Position numbers and translations under genes: made by a program
Assembly: GCA_963762885.1 (NCBI GenBank)
Contig: CAVXNH010000073.1
Span: 21,993 to 85,992 of the forward strand
Source: an uncultured Alphaproteobacteria bacterium
Lineage (GTDB): Bacteria; Pseudomonadota; Alphaproteobacteria; Acetobacterales; Acetobacteraceae
Direction: 5' to 3'
DNA: 64,000 nucleotides
In this document: positions 21,070-31,523 of the stretch, one piece after another
Position numbering within the stretch: the stretch's first letter is position 1
How the letters are laid out: every line of letters begins with the position of its first letter
The notes under the pieces: model-generated
The model's input: only the letters and a program-made list of their open reading frames with translations
Told to the model about the DNA's origin: nothing
Databases searched by the model: none

Positions 21070-24000
21070 ATGACCGAGACGACCACCGTGACAGTGTTGT
21101 TCACCGATGTCGTCGGTTCGGTCGGCATGCGTCAGCACCAGGGTGAAGCAGCCGCCCACGCGATCATGAACACGCACAACGATCTGGTGCGGCAGCAACT
21201 CGCGCAACATGCCGGCCGCGAGGTCAAGACGATCGGCGACAGTTTCATGGTGGCGTTCGACTCCGCGCGCAAGGCCGTCGAGTGCGCCATCGGCATTCAA
21301 CGCGCGCTGCACGACTACAATCACCAGCATCCGGTCCATGCCGTGAAAGTGCGTATCGGAATTCACACCGGCGAAGCGATCCTCGTCGGCGACGATCTGT
21401 TCGGCACCAGCGTTGACGCCGCGGCGCGCATTATGGCCCGGGCCGAGGGCGAGCAAATCCTGGTCTCGGACGTGGTGAAAACCGTCCTTGGCGCGTCGAA
21501 GGATGTCGTATTTGGCGCTCAGACGCGGGTCCGCCTGAAGGGATTTCCCGAGCGCTGGCGCCTGTGGGAGGTGGCATGGCGCCCTGAGCCCGTACCGATC
21601 CAGCCGACCATCCCCGAGATCCCCACCGCCATCCCCAGCGCCGCCGCGACCACCACCGGCAACGTCAGCGGCATCGAAGCGCCGTTCGGCATGGGCCGCA
21701 CGCCCTACATCGGCCGCTCGGAGGAAAGGTCGCTGTTGCGCCAGGCGGTGGACCGCGCCATCGCCGGTAGCGGCGGCGTCGCGCTGATCGCCGGTGAGGC
21801 CGGTCTCGGCAAGACGCGGCTGGTTGACGAGATCGCCGCCGAAGCGAAAGCCCGCGGCATGTTTGTCGTCCGCGGGCAGTGCTACGACATGGAAGGCGCG
21901 CCGCCCTACGTCCCGTTCGTGGAGGCCATCGAGTACGGCCTCACCGTGACGTCCCGCGACGTCTTCCGCACCGCGATGGGCGTTGCCGGACCCGAGATCG
22001 CCCGCTTCGTTCCGAAAGTGCATCTCGCCTTTCCCGACCTTCCCCCGCCTTTGGCGCTGCCGACCGATCAGGCCCGGCACTACATGTTCGAGAGCGTGTG
22101 CGATTTCTGCCAGCGTGCGGCGGCAATTTAACCCATGCTCATGGTGCTGGAAGACCTGCACTGGGCGGACGAGTCCACGACGCAACTGCTTGAAAGTGTA
22201 GCGCGCCGGGCCGGGCGCGCGGCAATGCTGGTGGTCGGAACATATCGCGATGTCGACCTCGGACCAAAGGATCCGTTCACGCGGGGTATCGAGCATCTGT
22301 CCCGGCTCCAGGCGGTATCGCGCATCACGCTCAAGCGTCTGAGCGCCGTCGACGTCGCCGCCATGCTGCGTGCGCTGTCCGGCCAGGAACCGCCCGAACG
22401 CCTGGTCCGCCTGATCTACAGCGAGACCGAAGGCGTGCCGTTCTTCGTGGAGGAGGTCTATCGCCACCTCGCCGAAGAGCAAAGATTGACCGATGCAGAG
22501 GGCAAATGGCTGCCGCAGGTCGAGATCGGCGAAATCGAGGTGCCGGAAACGATCCGGCTCGTACTCGGACGCCGCATCGACCGCACCAGCGATGTTGCGC
22601 AACGCATCCTGACAACGGCCGCATGCGTCGGCCGGACCTTCACGTTCGAATTCCTGTCAGCTCTTGCGCAGGAGACCGAGGACGATTTGCTCGACGCCCT
22701 GGACGAAGCCGAACGCGCGCGGCTGTTGATCGCCGAAAGCGGACGGCATCCCCGCTTCGTTTTCGCCCACGAACAGATCCGCCAGACATTGCTCGGCCGG
22801 ATGTCGTTCGTGCGGCGGCAACGCCTGCACCGCCGTGTCGCCGACACGATCGAAGCGCAGCATTCCGGACATCTCGATGAGTATGTCAGCGATCTTGCCT
22901 ATCACCTGGCGCAGGCCGGCGCGCGCGAGCGGGCGGCGAACTACCTGAACCAGGCCGGCGCCGCGGCAGCGTCCCGCCTCGCGACGCCCGAAGCCCTGAC
23001 GCTGTTCGCACGCGCGGCCGAATTGGCAGATGCAGGGCCCACCCGGCGTGGCGCATTGCGCGCGCGCGGCGAACTGTTGCTCGGATTGTTCCGCGGCCGC
23101 GAGGCTGCGTCCGACCTGGAAGCCGCGGTCAGCGAGGCGGCGAAGGAGGGCGCCACCGCCGAGGAGATGGAGGCTCTGCTGCGGCTCGGACGCGCCTATT
23201 ACGTGGTGGGATTGGACCACCGCCCGGCGATCGCCCAATCGCTGGAAGTGCTTGAACGGGCGCTCCGGCTCGCCGTCCAGCTCGGCGACCGGCACGGCGA
23301 GGCGCGCGCGCTGATCCCGATGCACCGATTTGTCGATTTCAACCCTGATTTACGGGCACGCGCGACCGAAAGCGCCAATCGAGCCTTGTCGATCGCCCGC
23401 GATCTGGGCGACGAGGACCTGGAGGTCGACGCATTGCGGGCCACGTCGCGGATGGCAACGGCCGCGGTCCGCCGCGACAGTGCAGAGCATATCGCGAACG
23501 CTTTGGAGCGTCGCGGCGACCTGATCGCGCTCAACGAACATCTGTTTGATTCGATGTGGGCCTACTGGCGCGCGGCGGACTTCAATGACTGTGTCGCGTG
23601 CAGCGAACGCGCGACGGCCCTGGCCGTCCGGCTCGGCATTCCGCCGGTGCAGTATGGCACCATCCGGTCGTTCGCCCTGGTTGATCAAGGCCGCTTCGAC
23701 GCGGCATGGCAGGCGCTGGAACAGGAAGTGGCGGACGAAGATCATCCGTTCGGCCAGGCTTTCCAACGGCTCGGGCAGACGTTCTGGCATGCGGCGGCCG
23801 GCGACTTCGACCGCGTCTTGCACGAAGTTCCTCGCATCTACGCCGAAGCCAAAGCGTTGCAGCGGACCTGGATGATTCCGTGGGCCGATAATCTGCTGGC
23901 GTTCGCGATCATGGCCACCCATCCCGCAGGAACCAGCGAGGCGACGCTTCGTCAGGCGATCGAGGCTGCCGGCGGACGTCTGGTAGATGAGGCGCCGATG

Positions 24001-24390
24001 GCCGCGCTGCTCCTCGCCGGCAACGCTGACGCGGCGCTCGCAGCATGTGTGCGGCGGCTTCCACAGCTTGAGGCTGAGGGACTGACACGCGCGTATTGGA
24101 TCACCGAGGAACTGCGGGTCCGCGCATTGCTCGCCCTCGGCCGGTTCGCCGAAGTCCGTGAGGCGGCCGACGCGGCACTCACCGTTGTAGAAAGCTTCGG
24201 CTGGGGCTCGCTTGCGTGGCGGCTGCGTGCCTCGCTGGTGGCCGCATTGGATGAGCTTGGCGACGAGCGGGCCGTGACGGAACGCCGGATGGCGATCGAC
24301 CGGCTGATGGCGGTCGCCGATACTTTGAATGGCACCCCGGCCCGCTCCCGTTTCCTGTCGCAGCGTGAAGCGGCCGACCTGCTCGAGTGA
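21070..24390 (+). pseudogene. Class III adenylate/guanylate cyclase + P-loop NTPase (AAA_16-like) + TPR-like protein, interrupted by an in-frame TAA
   Basis: Cyclase domain: VTVLFTDVVGS...KTIGDSFMVAF...RIGIHTGEA. Walker A GEAGLGKTRL. TAA at 22129-22131 in the same frame, followed by Walker B-like MLMVLEDLHWADEST and a ~700-aa helical repeat region. Confidence 0.85.
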
Positions 24391-24400
24391 GGGGACGCAA

Positions 24401-25636
24401 ATGCCTGACCACGTTTTGCGCGAGGGGACGCCCGAAGACGCCGGCATGGACCCGGCCCGGATCCAGCGGTTGCGCGAACTGGCCGCCGGCTGGGTCGCGT
24501 GCGGCGACACCCCAAGCGTGTCGGTCCTTGTGGCCCGCCGCGGTGTTGTCGTGCTGCGTGAAGCCTTTGGTGTGCGCTGCCATGGAGATACCACGCCGAC
24601 ATTGCGGCCCAATTCGATCTTTCCGATCTCGTCGTGCTCGAAGTCGATTACCGCGGCGGCGGTGCTGTGCCTTGTCGAGGACGGACTGATCGGATTGAAC
24701 CGCCCGTTCATCGACTACATCCCCGAGTGGGATGTGCCTGGCGTGGAAGGGCTCGCGGAGGCCCGGGTCGCCGACCTGTTGTGCCACACATCGGGGATCG
24801 ACGATCTCAAGCTGGCCCCCCGTTTCGCAGGAGCAGCCGCCTGGTCGTCCGAGTTGCCACCGCCGGCAACTGGGCAGGACCCGAAGCTCAACACGCTCAT
24901 CCGCCTGGCCGCGGGCGCTCCGCTGGGATGCCGTCCAGGCGCGGCGATGCTTTATTCAAGTATCGGGTACTATCTGCTCGGCGACATCGTCCGCCGGGTG
25001 AGCGGTCAGCCCTTCTGGCAATTTGTCCGCTCGCGCATCTTCGAACCGCTTGGCATGCACGACAGCAACTTCGTGCTGTCGGCGGCGCTGCGTGAGCGGC
25101 GCGTGTACCGCGCGCCGGGAATGCCCGCCACCGAAGCAGGAGCCTGGTTTCGGGGGATCGACGATCCTGAGCGCGATGCCGCGGACTGGGGAGGTTCCCA
25201 TGTCACGACAACGGCCGGAGACCTCGCAGCGTTCTTGCAGATGCTGCTCAATCGAGGCTCGTACGGCGGCCGGCGGATTCTCAGTCCCGCGAGCGTGGCC
25301 GCGATGACCCGTCATCAGGTCGACACCGCAATTCCGCGGATCTACACCCGGTTCGAGCCCAGGACTGGCGAGCGGGTGGATAACGAGATGTCGGGTGGAG
25401 GCTACGGCTACGGTTTGTTTATTTTCGGGGCAGGTGACCGGTTTCGGCACAATGGTGCGCTCGCCTCGCTGTCGGCCTTTGGCCATATCGGCTATGGTGG
25501 CGCCTTCATCTGGGCGGATCCTGAGTGCGACCTGGTCGGTGTCTATCTTAGCGTGTCGCCGCGGCAGCACCGGGACCTGGCAGTTGTGAATGCAGACCTG
25601 TTCCAGAACGCCGTTCACGCCGCGGTCGTCGATTAG
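24401..25636 (+). CDS. Serine hydrolase (beta-lactamase/transpeptidase-like), paralogue 1
   Basis: S-x-x-K motif SCSKSITAAAV. Starts 11 nt after the upstream stop. Confidence 0.85.
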   Translation: MPDHVLREGTPEDAGMDPARIQRLRELAAGWVACGDTPSVSVLVARRGVVVLREAFGVRCHGDTTPTLRPNSIFPISSCSKSITAAAVLCLVEDGLIGLNRPFIDYIPEWDVPGVEGLAEARVADLLCHTSGIDDLKLAPRFAGAAAWSSELPPPATGQDPKLNTLIRLAAGAPLGCRPGAAMLYSSIGYYLLGDIVRRVSGQPFWQFVRSRIFEPLGMHDSNFVLSAALRERRVYRAPGMPATEAGAWFRGIDDPERDAADWGGSHVTTTAGDLAAFLQMLLNRGSYGGRRILSPASVAAMTRHQVDTAIPRIYTRFEPRTGERVDNEMSGGGYGYGLFIFGAGDRFRHNGALASLSAFGHIGYGGAFIWADPECDLVGVYLSVSPRQHRDLAVVNADLFQNAVHAAVVD

Positions 25637-25731
25637 TACCCGGACATCGGTGGAATGCGAGCGGAGCCGCGGATCACAACGACACTGTCGTGGGGGCTCG
25701 CGGCCAAACTGCCCGCGTGAGGAGGACGTCG

Positions 25732-26967
25732 ATGCCAGATCACGTTTTGCGCAAGGGAACGCCCGAAGACGCCGGCATGGACCCCGCCCGGATCGAGCGA
25801 TTGCGCGAACTGGCCGCCGGCTGGGTCGCGAACGGCGACACCCCGAGTCTCGTGGTGCTGGTGGCCCGCCGCGGTGTTGTTGTGCTGCATGAAGCCTTTG
25901 GCGTGCGTTGCCACGGCGACGCCGCGCCGACACTGCGGACCAATTCCATCTTTCCGATGGCGTCGTGTTCGAAACCGATCACCTCGGCGGCTGTCATGTG
26001 CCTCGTCGAGGACGGGCTGATCGGATTGAACCGCCCCTTCATCGATTATCTCCCGGAATGGGACGTGCCCGAGGTGCAATGGCTGGCCGAATCCCGGGTC
26101 GCGGACCTGTTATGCCATACCTCCGGGATTGACGATCTCAAACTGCAGCCGGCTTTCCGGGCCGCGTCCGACGGGTCGCGGGAAATACCACCGCCCGCGC
26201 CTGGGCAGGACCCGACAACCAACAAGATGATCCACCTGGCCGGCGGCTCTCCGCTGGCCTCCCGCCCAGGGAAGGAGATGAATTATTCGAGCGTCGGGTA
26301 CCACTTGCTCGGTGACATCGTCCGCAGGGTGAGCGGTCAACCGTTCTGGCAATTCGTCCGGTCGCGTCTCTTTCACCCTTTAGGCATGCGCGACAGCAAC
26401 TTCGTGTTCCCGCCGGCGTTGGGTGAGCGGCGGGTCTATCGCGCTCCGGGAGCGCCCGGCACCGAAACCGGCCCCTGGTTTCGCGGCATGGATTCGCCTG
26501 AGTTCGACGCGGCGGACCTGGCGGGTAGCGGGGTTACGTCAACCGCCGGAGACCTCGGGATATTCTTGCAGATGCTGCTCAATCGCGGTTCGTATGGCGG
26601 ACGGCGAATCCTGAGTCGCGCGAGCGTCGCCGCCATGACCCGAAATCAGGTCGACACCACGATTCCGTGGATCGCCCCACAATTCAACCCCGCTCCCGGC
26701 GAGCCGGCGCAGGTGGAGGTCAAGGGCGGAGGCTACGGCTATGGCCTGTTCATTTTTGGCGAGGGCGACCGGTTTATGTCCAATGGCGCTCTCACCTCGC
26801 TGTCGGCCTTTGGTCATATCGGCTATGGCGGAACCTGCGTCTGGGCGGACCCGGTGAGTGAAGTAGTCGGCGTCTACCTCAGCGTGTCGCCACGGACGCA
26901 CCGAGGGATCGCTACCAGGAACCCGGACCTGTTCCAGAACGCCGTCCACGCCGCGATCGTCGAGTAG
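25732..26967 (+). CDS. Serine hydrolase (beta-lactamase/transpeptidase-like), paralogue 2
   Basis: SCSKPITSAAV. Collinear with paralogue 1 along its whole length, and both start MPDHVLR(E/K)GTPEDAGMDPARI. Confidence 0.85.
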   Translation: MPDHVLRKGTPEDAGMDPARIERLRELAAGWVANGDTPSLVVLVARRGVVVLHEAFGVRCHGDAAPTLRTNSIFPMASCSKPITSAAVMCLVEDGLIGLNRPFIDYLPEWDVPEVQWLAESRVADLLCHTSGIDDLKLQPAFRAASDGSREIPPPAPGQDPTTNKMIHLAGGSPLASRPGKEMNYSSVGYHLLGDIVRRVSGQPFWQFVRSRLFHPLGMRDSNFVFPPALGERRVYRAPGAPGTETGPWFRGMDSPEFDAADLAGSGVTSTAGDLGIFLQMLLNRGSYGGRRILSRASVAAMTRNQVDTTIPWIAPQFNPAPGEPAQVEVKGGGYGYGLFIFGEGDRFMSNGALTSLSAFGHIGYGGTCVWADPVSEVVGVYLSVSPRTHRGIATRNPDLFQNAVHAAIVE

Positions 26968-27006
26968 TACGAGCTATCGGTGGAGCGCAAGTGACGCCGG
27001 CCCTAC

Positions 27007-27065
27007 TGTCATTGCGAGGCGCCAAGCGGTCCCGGGCTTGTCCCGGGGAAGCAATCTCCCGCCTG
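27007..27065. repeat. REP family C copy (tgtcattgcgagg...)
   Basis: tgtcattgcgaggcgccaagcggtcccgggcttgtcccggggaagcaatctcccgcc. Related copies at 42721-42797, 35315-35650 and 32255-32283. Confidence 0.7.
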
Positions 27066-27450
27066 ACGACCCGCAGCCTCGGCATAGTGTGGCCGGCGAT
27101 CGGAAAAGTAAGGCGACATCTGACGGTATTTCACGGTCGCGCTGGACGGGGCGTCCTGGGTCGGAACCGGGGTGCGCCAGAGACGGGCCGCAGCGCCGCC
27201 GGGTGCCGCAGCCGCGAACAGAATATTGCGTCATTCCGCGGTCCAACTCGACAGGCCATTCCGTAGCGCAATTTGATCTGGATCAATGCGATCGCGGTCA
27301 GCCCCGTAGTCAAATAAAGTATGGACCGTCCATGAAATCGCTATGAGGGAAATTGATATGCCTCCCGATCGAGTGCTGGGCTCGGCGGCCAGCGGCGCTA
27401 TGTTGCCCGGCGCTTTTCGGGCAAATTCCAAAACCGTGACCTCTGCATTG

Positions 27451-28386
27451 ATGCGTACGCTTTTCACCGCGAGCATCTTTGTCGCATCGCTGTGGTTTTG
27501 CCAGAACGCTGCGGCGGGCCCAACCCCACTCATAGAACCGGAGTATGATGCGGATGAGGGCGTTTACGTCCCCGGCAACCCGAACCCGGTGAATTTTGGA
27601 ACCCTCGCGACAACGAACGTACCCGGTTTTGCGGGCTGCGGCTGCGGCCCCGTCGCCACCGTTAATAGTTTTGTCTATTTAGAAAATACCTACCCAAAGG
27701 TTTATGGAACTAAACTAACCGGAGCACTATCGCAACAGAACCTGATAAATACGGCGGAGACATTGGGAACCTACATGAATCTTATCAAAACCGGACCAGA
27801 CAAGGGAACAAATATCGCTAATCTGGTGAGTGGCAAATATAATTACATCAATAAAGTTGCTCCTGGAACCACAACCGTGGGCGGTGAAATCAGTCCAACC
27901 TTCTATCCGGCCGGCGGAACTCCCACCGGTCCAGCCTTCTCGAATGTTTCTTTTGTGCAGCCTACGCCGCTTTATCTTTACAATGAGCTTAAGGCCGGTG
28001 AAGACGTTGAGCTGTTGATCACTGCCTATAACCCAGCCGGAACTGCAATTTTTGGCCACCTCGTTACCGCGTATGCGATCGACTACGCCCCCTCAACCGG
28101 CGATGGTTCGATACAATTCATCAATTCACGCAACGGCAGTTTCCAGACGCGAAGTTTTTCGGAGACCGATGGGGCGCTAACCTTGATAAGCACGATCGAT
28201 ACCACAAACAAATTCGTAGTCACGGGGATTGTCACTGAGAGCCCAATTCCTGAACCTGGCAGCATCATGCTCTTGGTTGGCGGTCTTGGCGCGCTGGTCA
28301 GTTTCCGCGTTCGCAAATTCATCGGGATATGCAGGAAGGTCCTGCCCAGGCGCGTGGGGCCAGGGCGATGCTCCCTGGCGACGTAG
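27451..28386 (+). CDS. Secreted PEP-CTERM-anchored protein (possible papain-like Cys/His fold)
   Basis: Signal peptide MRTLFTASIFVASLWFCQNAAA. C-terminal PEPGSIMLLVGGLGALVSFRVRK (PEP motif, TM segment, basic cluster). Markedly lower GC than its surroundings. Confidence 0.75.
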   Translation: MRTLFTASIFVASLWFCQNAAAGPTPLIEPEYDADEGVYVPGNPNPVNFGTLATTNVPGFAGCGCGPVATVNSFVYLENTYPKVYGTKLTGALSQQNLINTAETLGTYMNLIKTGPDKGTNIANLVSGKYNYINKVAPGTTTVGGEISPTFYPAGGTPTGPAFSNVSFVQPTPLYLYNELKAGEDVELLITAYNPAGTAIFGHLVTAYAIDYAPSTGDGSIQFINSRNGSFQTRSFSETDGALTLISTIDTTNKFVVTGIVTESPIPEPGSIMLLVGGLGALVSFRVRKFIGICRKVLPRRVGPGRCSLAT

Positions 28387-28569
28387 ATCGCTGTGTCAGG
28401 GCACGATGGCCAACAGGGTGGCGGTTCGCTTGTCGTTCAAGCGGCCGAGACTTCCCGTAGCTGCACCGGACTGCGACCGTCTGCTCTCCATCCACGGCGC
28501 GACACCGGCGTTCGCTGACACCAATCGCCGTATCCGCCGGGTCGCACCCATTCGATAGAACGCATCACC

Positions 28570-29505
28570 TCACGCCCGCCCCAGCGACGCCATCAGCTCC
28601 CCCCACTCGCGGCGGTTCAGCCCGCTATCCGGCTGCGTCACGGTCTCGCCGCCCAGCATCCGCCGCACCACCGCAAGCATCTGCGCCGACAGCGTGACCG
28701 CGCCCAGCCGGTAGTCGCGGAATGCCTGGCAGGCCAGCGGCACCCAGGCCTCGACCGACGCCAGCATCGCATCGGCGTAAACGCGGATTTCGTATTGCGC
28801 ATGCGCATCGGCGCGCAGCGACAGGAAGTGGAACAGGTTGTGCAGATCGATCTTCCAGTACCACTGCGTATATGTATTCAGCGTCAAATTCATCCGCGCC
28901 AGTTCGCGCGCCAAGCCCTGCCGCGCAGGATCGGCCGGCGCGCCGCTGGCATCCTCGTTCAGCATGTCGGCGTAGTGGTCGTAGCAGCGCGTCGCATCGC
29001 TCCGCAGCAGGTCCAACACCTGCGCCGCCTCGTCGCCGGTCAGCACGTCCCCGCGGCCCTGGCGATTGACCGAGGACTGCGCTGCCAAATGCTCGGGCGC
29101 CGGGATGTAGAACTCGCGGTCCAGGATGGAGTAGCGCGCGGAATACTCGTTCACGTTTGCGGTGCGGTGGCGGATCCACTGCCGCGCCACGAAGATCGGC
29201 AGCTTCACGTGGTACTTGATCTCGCACATCTCGAACGGCGTGGAGTGACGGTGCCGCATCAGGTAACGGATCAGCCCGGCATCCTCCGACACCCGCCTGG
29301 TGCCGCGGCCATACGACACCCGCGCCGCCTGCACGATGGCCGAGTCGTCGCCCATGTAGTCGATCACCCGGACGAAGCCGTGATCCAGCACCGGCATCGG
29401 CTGATAGAGCAGGGCTTCGAGGGCCGGCACGGTGGGGCGGAGGGTGGCGGTGGTGGCGGCACGCGAGGCGGCGATTTCCGCCGTCTGCTGATCGGTCAGG
29501 GCCAT
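28570..29505 (-). CDS. thyX: FAD-dependent thymidylate synthase
   Basis: ThyX signature [12 protein letters not shown] ... [17 protein letters not shown]. 311 aa. Confidence 0.9.
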   Translation of the reverse strand: MALTDQQTAEIAASRAATTATLRPTVPALEALLYQPMPVLDHGFVRVIDYMGDDSAIVQAARVSYGRGTRRVSEDAGLIRYLMRHRHSTPFEMCEIKYHVKLPIFVARQWIRHRTANVNEYSARYSILDREFYIPAPEHLAAQSSVNRQGRGDVLTGDEAAQVLDLLRSDATRCYDHYADMLNEDASGAPADPARQGLARELARMNLTLNTYTQWYWKIDLHNLFHFLSLRADAHAQYEIRVYADAMLASVEAWVPLACQAFRDYRLGAVTLSAQMLAVVRRMLGGETVTQPDSGLNRREWGELMASLGRA

Positions 29506-29554
29506 GCGGAACTCCCAGGCAGGGGCGGTGTCGTATCACTGGCGCCGTCTTCTC

Positions 29555-29641
29555 CGTCATGGCGGGCGAAGGCCCGCCATCCACGACTTCGCCCTGCACA
29601 ACGAAGGAAAGTCGTGGATGCCGACCTTCGTCGGCATGACG
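29555..29641. repeat. REP family A copy
   Basis: cgtcatggcgggcgaaggcccgccatccacgac ... gtcgtggatgccgaccttcgtcggcatgacg. Confidence 0.85.
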
Positions 29642-29703
29642 GTGCAGCGTCGGTACGTGCGTCAGTCACAAGGGCGCTTGGTATCAGACGGCGTGCAGGA
29701 GGG

Positions 29704-30432
29704 CTACGCTCTGCCTTCATCCGCTTCGGTGCGCGCCCCTGCCGAAGGCGAGGGAGAATTGCGCGGCAGCGCATCTGGCAGCATCGCCAGACTGTCCAGC
29801 CGCAGGTGGGCCTGCGCTATGTCGGGAAGTTCCGCGTGCATGAAACCCCACGGCCCGCGCCGCAGGAACACCGCGAGCATGCCCGCGGCTCGCGCTGGCA
29901 ACACGTCGTTGTCCAGGCGGTCGCCGACATAGGCGATGCGGTGCGCCGGCTCGCCGGCCACCTCGATCACCTTGGCGAAGAATGCCGCGCTCGGCTTGGC
30001 GACGCCCCAGCCGGCCGAGCTGGCAATAACGTCGGCCGGTAGCCCAAGCCGGATCAGCGCGTCCTCCGCCTCGATCGGCTGATTGCCGGCGACCACCACC
30101 TTGATGCCGCGCTTGCGCAACGCGGTCAGGCAGGGCACCGCATCCGGGTACAGATCCGCATGGTTGAAACCGTAGCGCCAGCCTTGCGCGCGGCGCTGCT
30201 TGATCGCGGTGGAGAAATCGAGATCGGGCCGGAATATCTCGAACACCCGGCGATGCGGCTCGCCGCGCCACATGGTCATGCCGAGCGTCGCGAACAACGT
30301 CAAACGCGGCACGCCGAGGAAATCCGCCCACTCGCCCCATTGCCGCGTTTCGTCGATCAGCGTCTCGCCGATATCGAAACAGACCGCGCCGATTGGCCCA
30401 AATTCATTGTTCGCAGCGTCATCGCTCATCAT
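29704..30432 (-). CDS. HAD-superfamily hydrolase
   Basis: Motif I-like VCFDIGETL; VVVAGNQ; motif IV VGDRLDNDV. Confidence 0.75.
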   Translation of the reverse strand: MMSDDAANNEFGPIGAVCFDIGETLIDETRQWGEWADFLGVPRLTLFATLGMTMWRGEPHRRVFEIFRPDLDFSTAIKQRRAQGWRYGFNHADLYPDAVPCLTALRKRGIKVVVAGNQPIEAEDALIRLGLPADVIASSAGWGVAKPSAAFFAKVIEVAGEPAHRIAYVGDRLDNDVLPARAAGMLAVFLRRGPWGFMHAELPDIAQAHLRLDSLAMLPDALPRNSPSPSAGARTEADEGRA

Positions 30433-30453
30433 CGTCCTCGCCGTTGCGTGCCT

Positions 30454-31350
30454 CTAGCGTGCCGTCTCGCCGGCGCGTTCCGCCAGAATACCGCCCGGCA
30501 GCACACGCAACACCGTCAGCAGCAGTCCGCTGATCAGCAACTCGCGCATGGCCGCGAATTGCGCCGGCGCCAGAAACGCCAGCAGCGGCGCGGCGAAGCG
30601 CGTGCCTTCCAGCAACGCGACGATCAGCGCCGCACCAAGCACGGCGCCGGCGTTGTTGCCAAGCCCCCCCGCCACCAGCGCCAGGATCACGTTCAGTGTC
30701 AGCAACGGAGCGAAGATGTCGGGTGCGACATAGGATGTGTCGTGCGCGTACAGCGCTCCAGCCACGCCCAGGACCGCGGCCCCGAGCGCAAACGCCCGCA
30801 GCTTGAACGCGAGCACGTGCTTGCCGGCGACCGCGGCGACGTCCTCATCGTCGCGGATCGCCCGCAACACGCGGCCGAACGGCGCGCGCGACAGGCGTTG
30901 CAGCAGCACGAACACCACCCCCAGCACCACCAGCACGATGCCGAGGAAGCGCAGGTTGAATTGCAGCGGCGAGACAAGGCCTCGCCATGGGCCGGGAATG
31001 CCGGCAATCCCGTCGGAACCGTTGGTCAGCCAGATCTCGTTCGACGCCGCGATTCGCACCGATTCCGAAAAGCCGAGCGTAACGATCGCGAGATAGTCGC
31101 TGCGCAGCCGCGCGGTGATCAGCGCGACCACAGCGCCGGTGGCGGCAGCCGTGAGCGCGGCGGCGCCGATGCCAAGCGGGATGGGGCAGCCGGCCTTGGT
31201 CAGCAAGGCCGTCGTGTAGGCGCCAACCGCGAAGAACCCCGCAAGGCCGAGATTGATCATCCCCGCCAGTCCCCAGGTCAGGTTCACCCCGAGCGCCATC
31301 AGCGCATAGATGCCGGCCGTCACCGACATCGCCAGAAGATAGGTGACCAC
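30454..31350 (-). CDS. livM: Branched-chain amino-acid ABC transporter permease (LivM type)
   Basis: GTG 31350 preceded by GGGAGAGG, which lies inside a REP-D arm. IYALMALGVNLTWGLAGMINLGLAGFFAVGAY...LRAIRDDEDVA... Confidence 0.85.
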   Translation of the reverse strand: MVTYLLAMSVTAGIYALMALGVNLTWGLAGMINLGLAGFFAVGAYTTALLTKAGCPIPLGIGAAALTAAATGAVVALITARLRSDYLAIVTLGFSESVRIAASNEIWLTNGSDGIAGIPGPWRGLVSPLQFNLRFLGIVLVVLGVVFVLLQRLSRAPFGRVLRAIRDDEDVAAVAGKHVLAFKLRAFALGAAVLGVAGALYAHDTSYVAPDIFAPLLTLNVILALVAGGLGNNAGAVLGAALIVALLEGTRFAAPLLAFLAPAQFAAMRELLISGLLLTVLRVLPGGILAERAGETAR

Positions 31351-31354
31351 TAAA

Positions 31355-31523
31355 CCTCTCCCGCGGGAGCGGGAGAGGTCGAGATGCGAAGCATCGAGGG
31401 TGAGGGTGATCGGGTCGGCACACTGCCTACCTTCTTTGCGGCACGCTTCAAATTCGGCGCCCCCCGCGGCACCCTCACCCTCGGCGCTCCCGCGCCTCGA
31501 CCTCTCCCACTCCATGGGAGAGG
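31355..31523. repeat. REP family D composite inverted repeat
   Basis: cctctcccgcgggagcgggagaggtcgag...gagggtgagggtg // caccctcaccctcggcgctcccgcgcctcgacctctcccactccatgggagagg. Related copies at 37613-37732, 40258-40340 and 6203-6228. Confidence 0.8.

Noticed and set aside
20902-22602. 566-aa ORF on the minus strand
   Set aside because: It is entirely antisense to the cyclase/NTPase gene, which has clear domain motifs. The translation is Arg/Gly/Ala-rich and has no motifs. This is a typical shadow ORF of high-GC DNA.
23350-24711. 453-aa ORF on the minus strand
   Set aside because: It is antisense to the TPR region of the cyclase/NTPase gene and to the start of the first serine hydrolase. No recognisable features.
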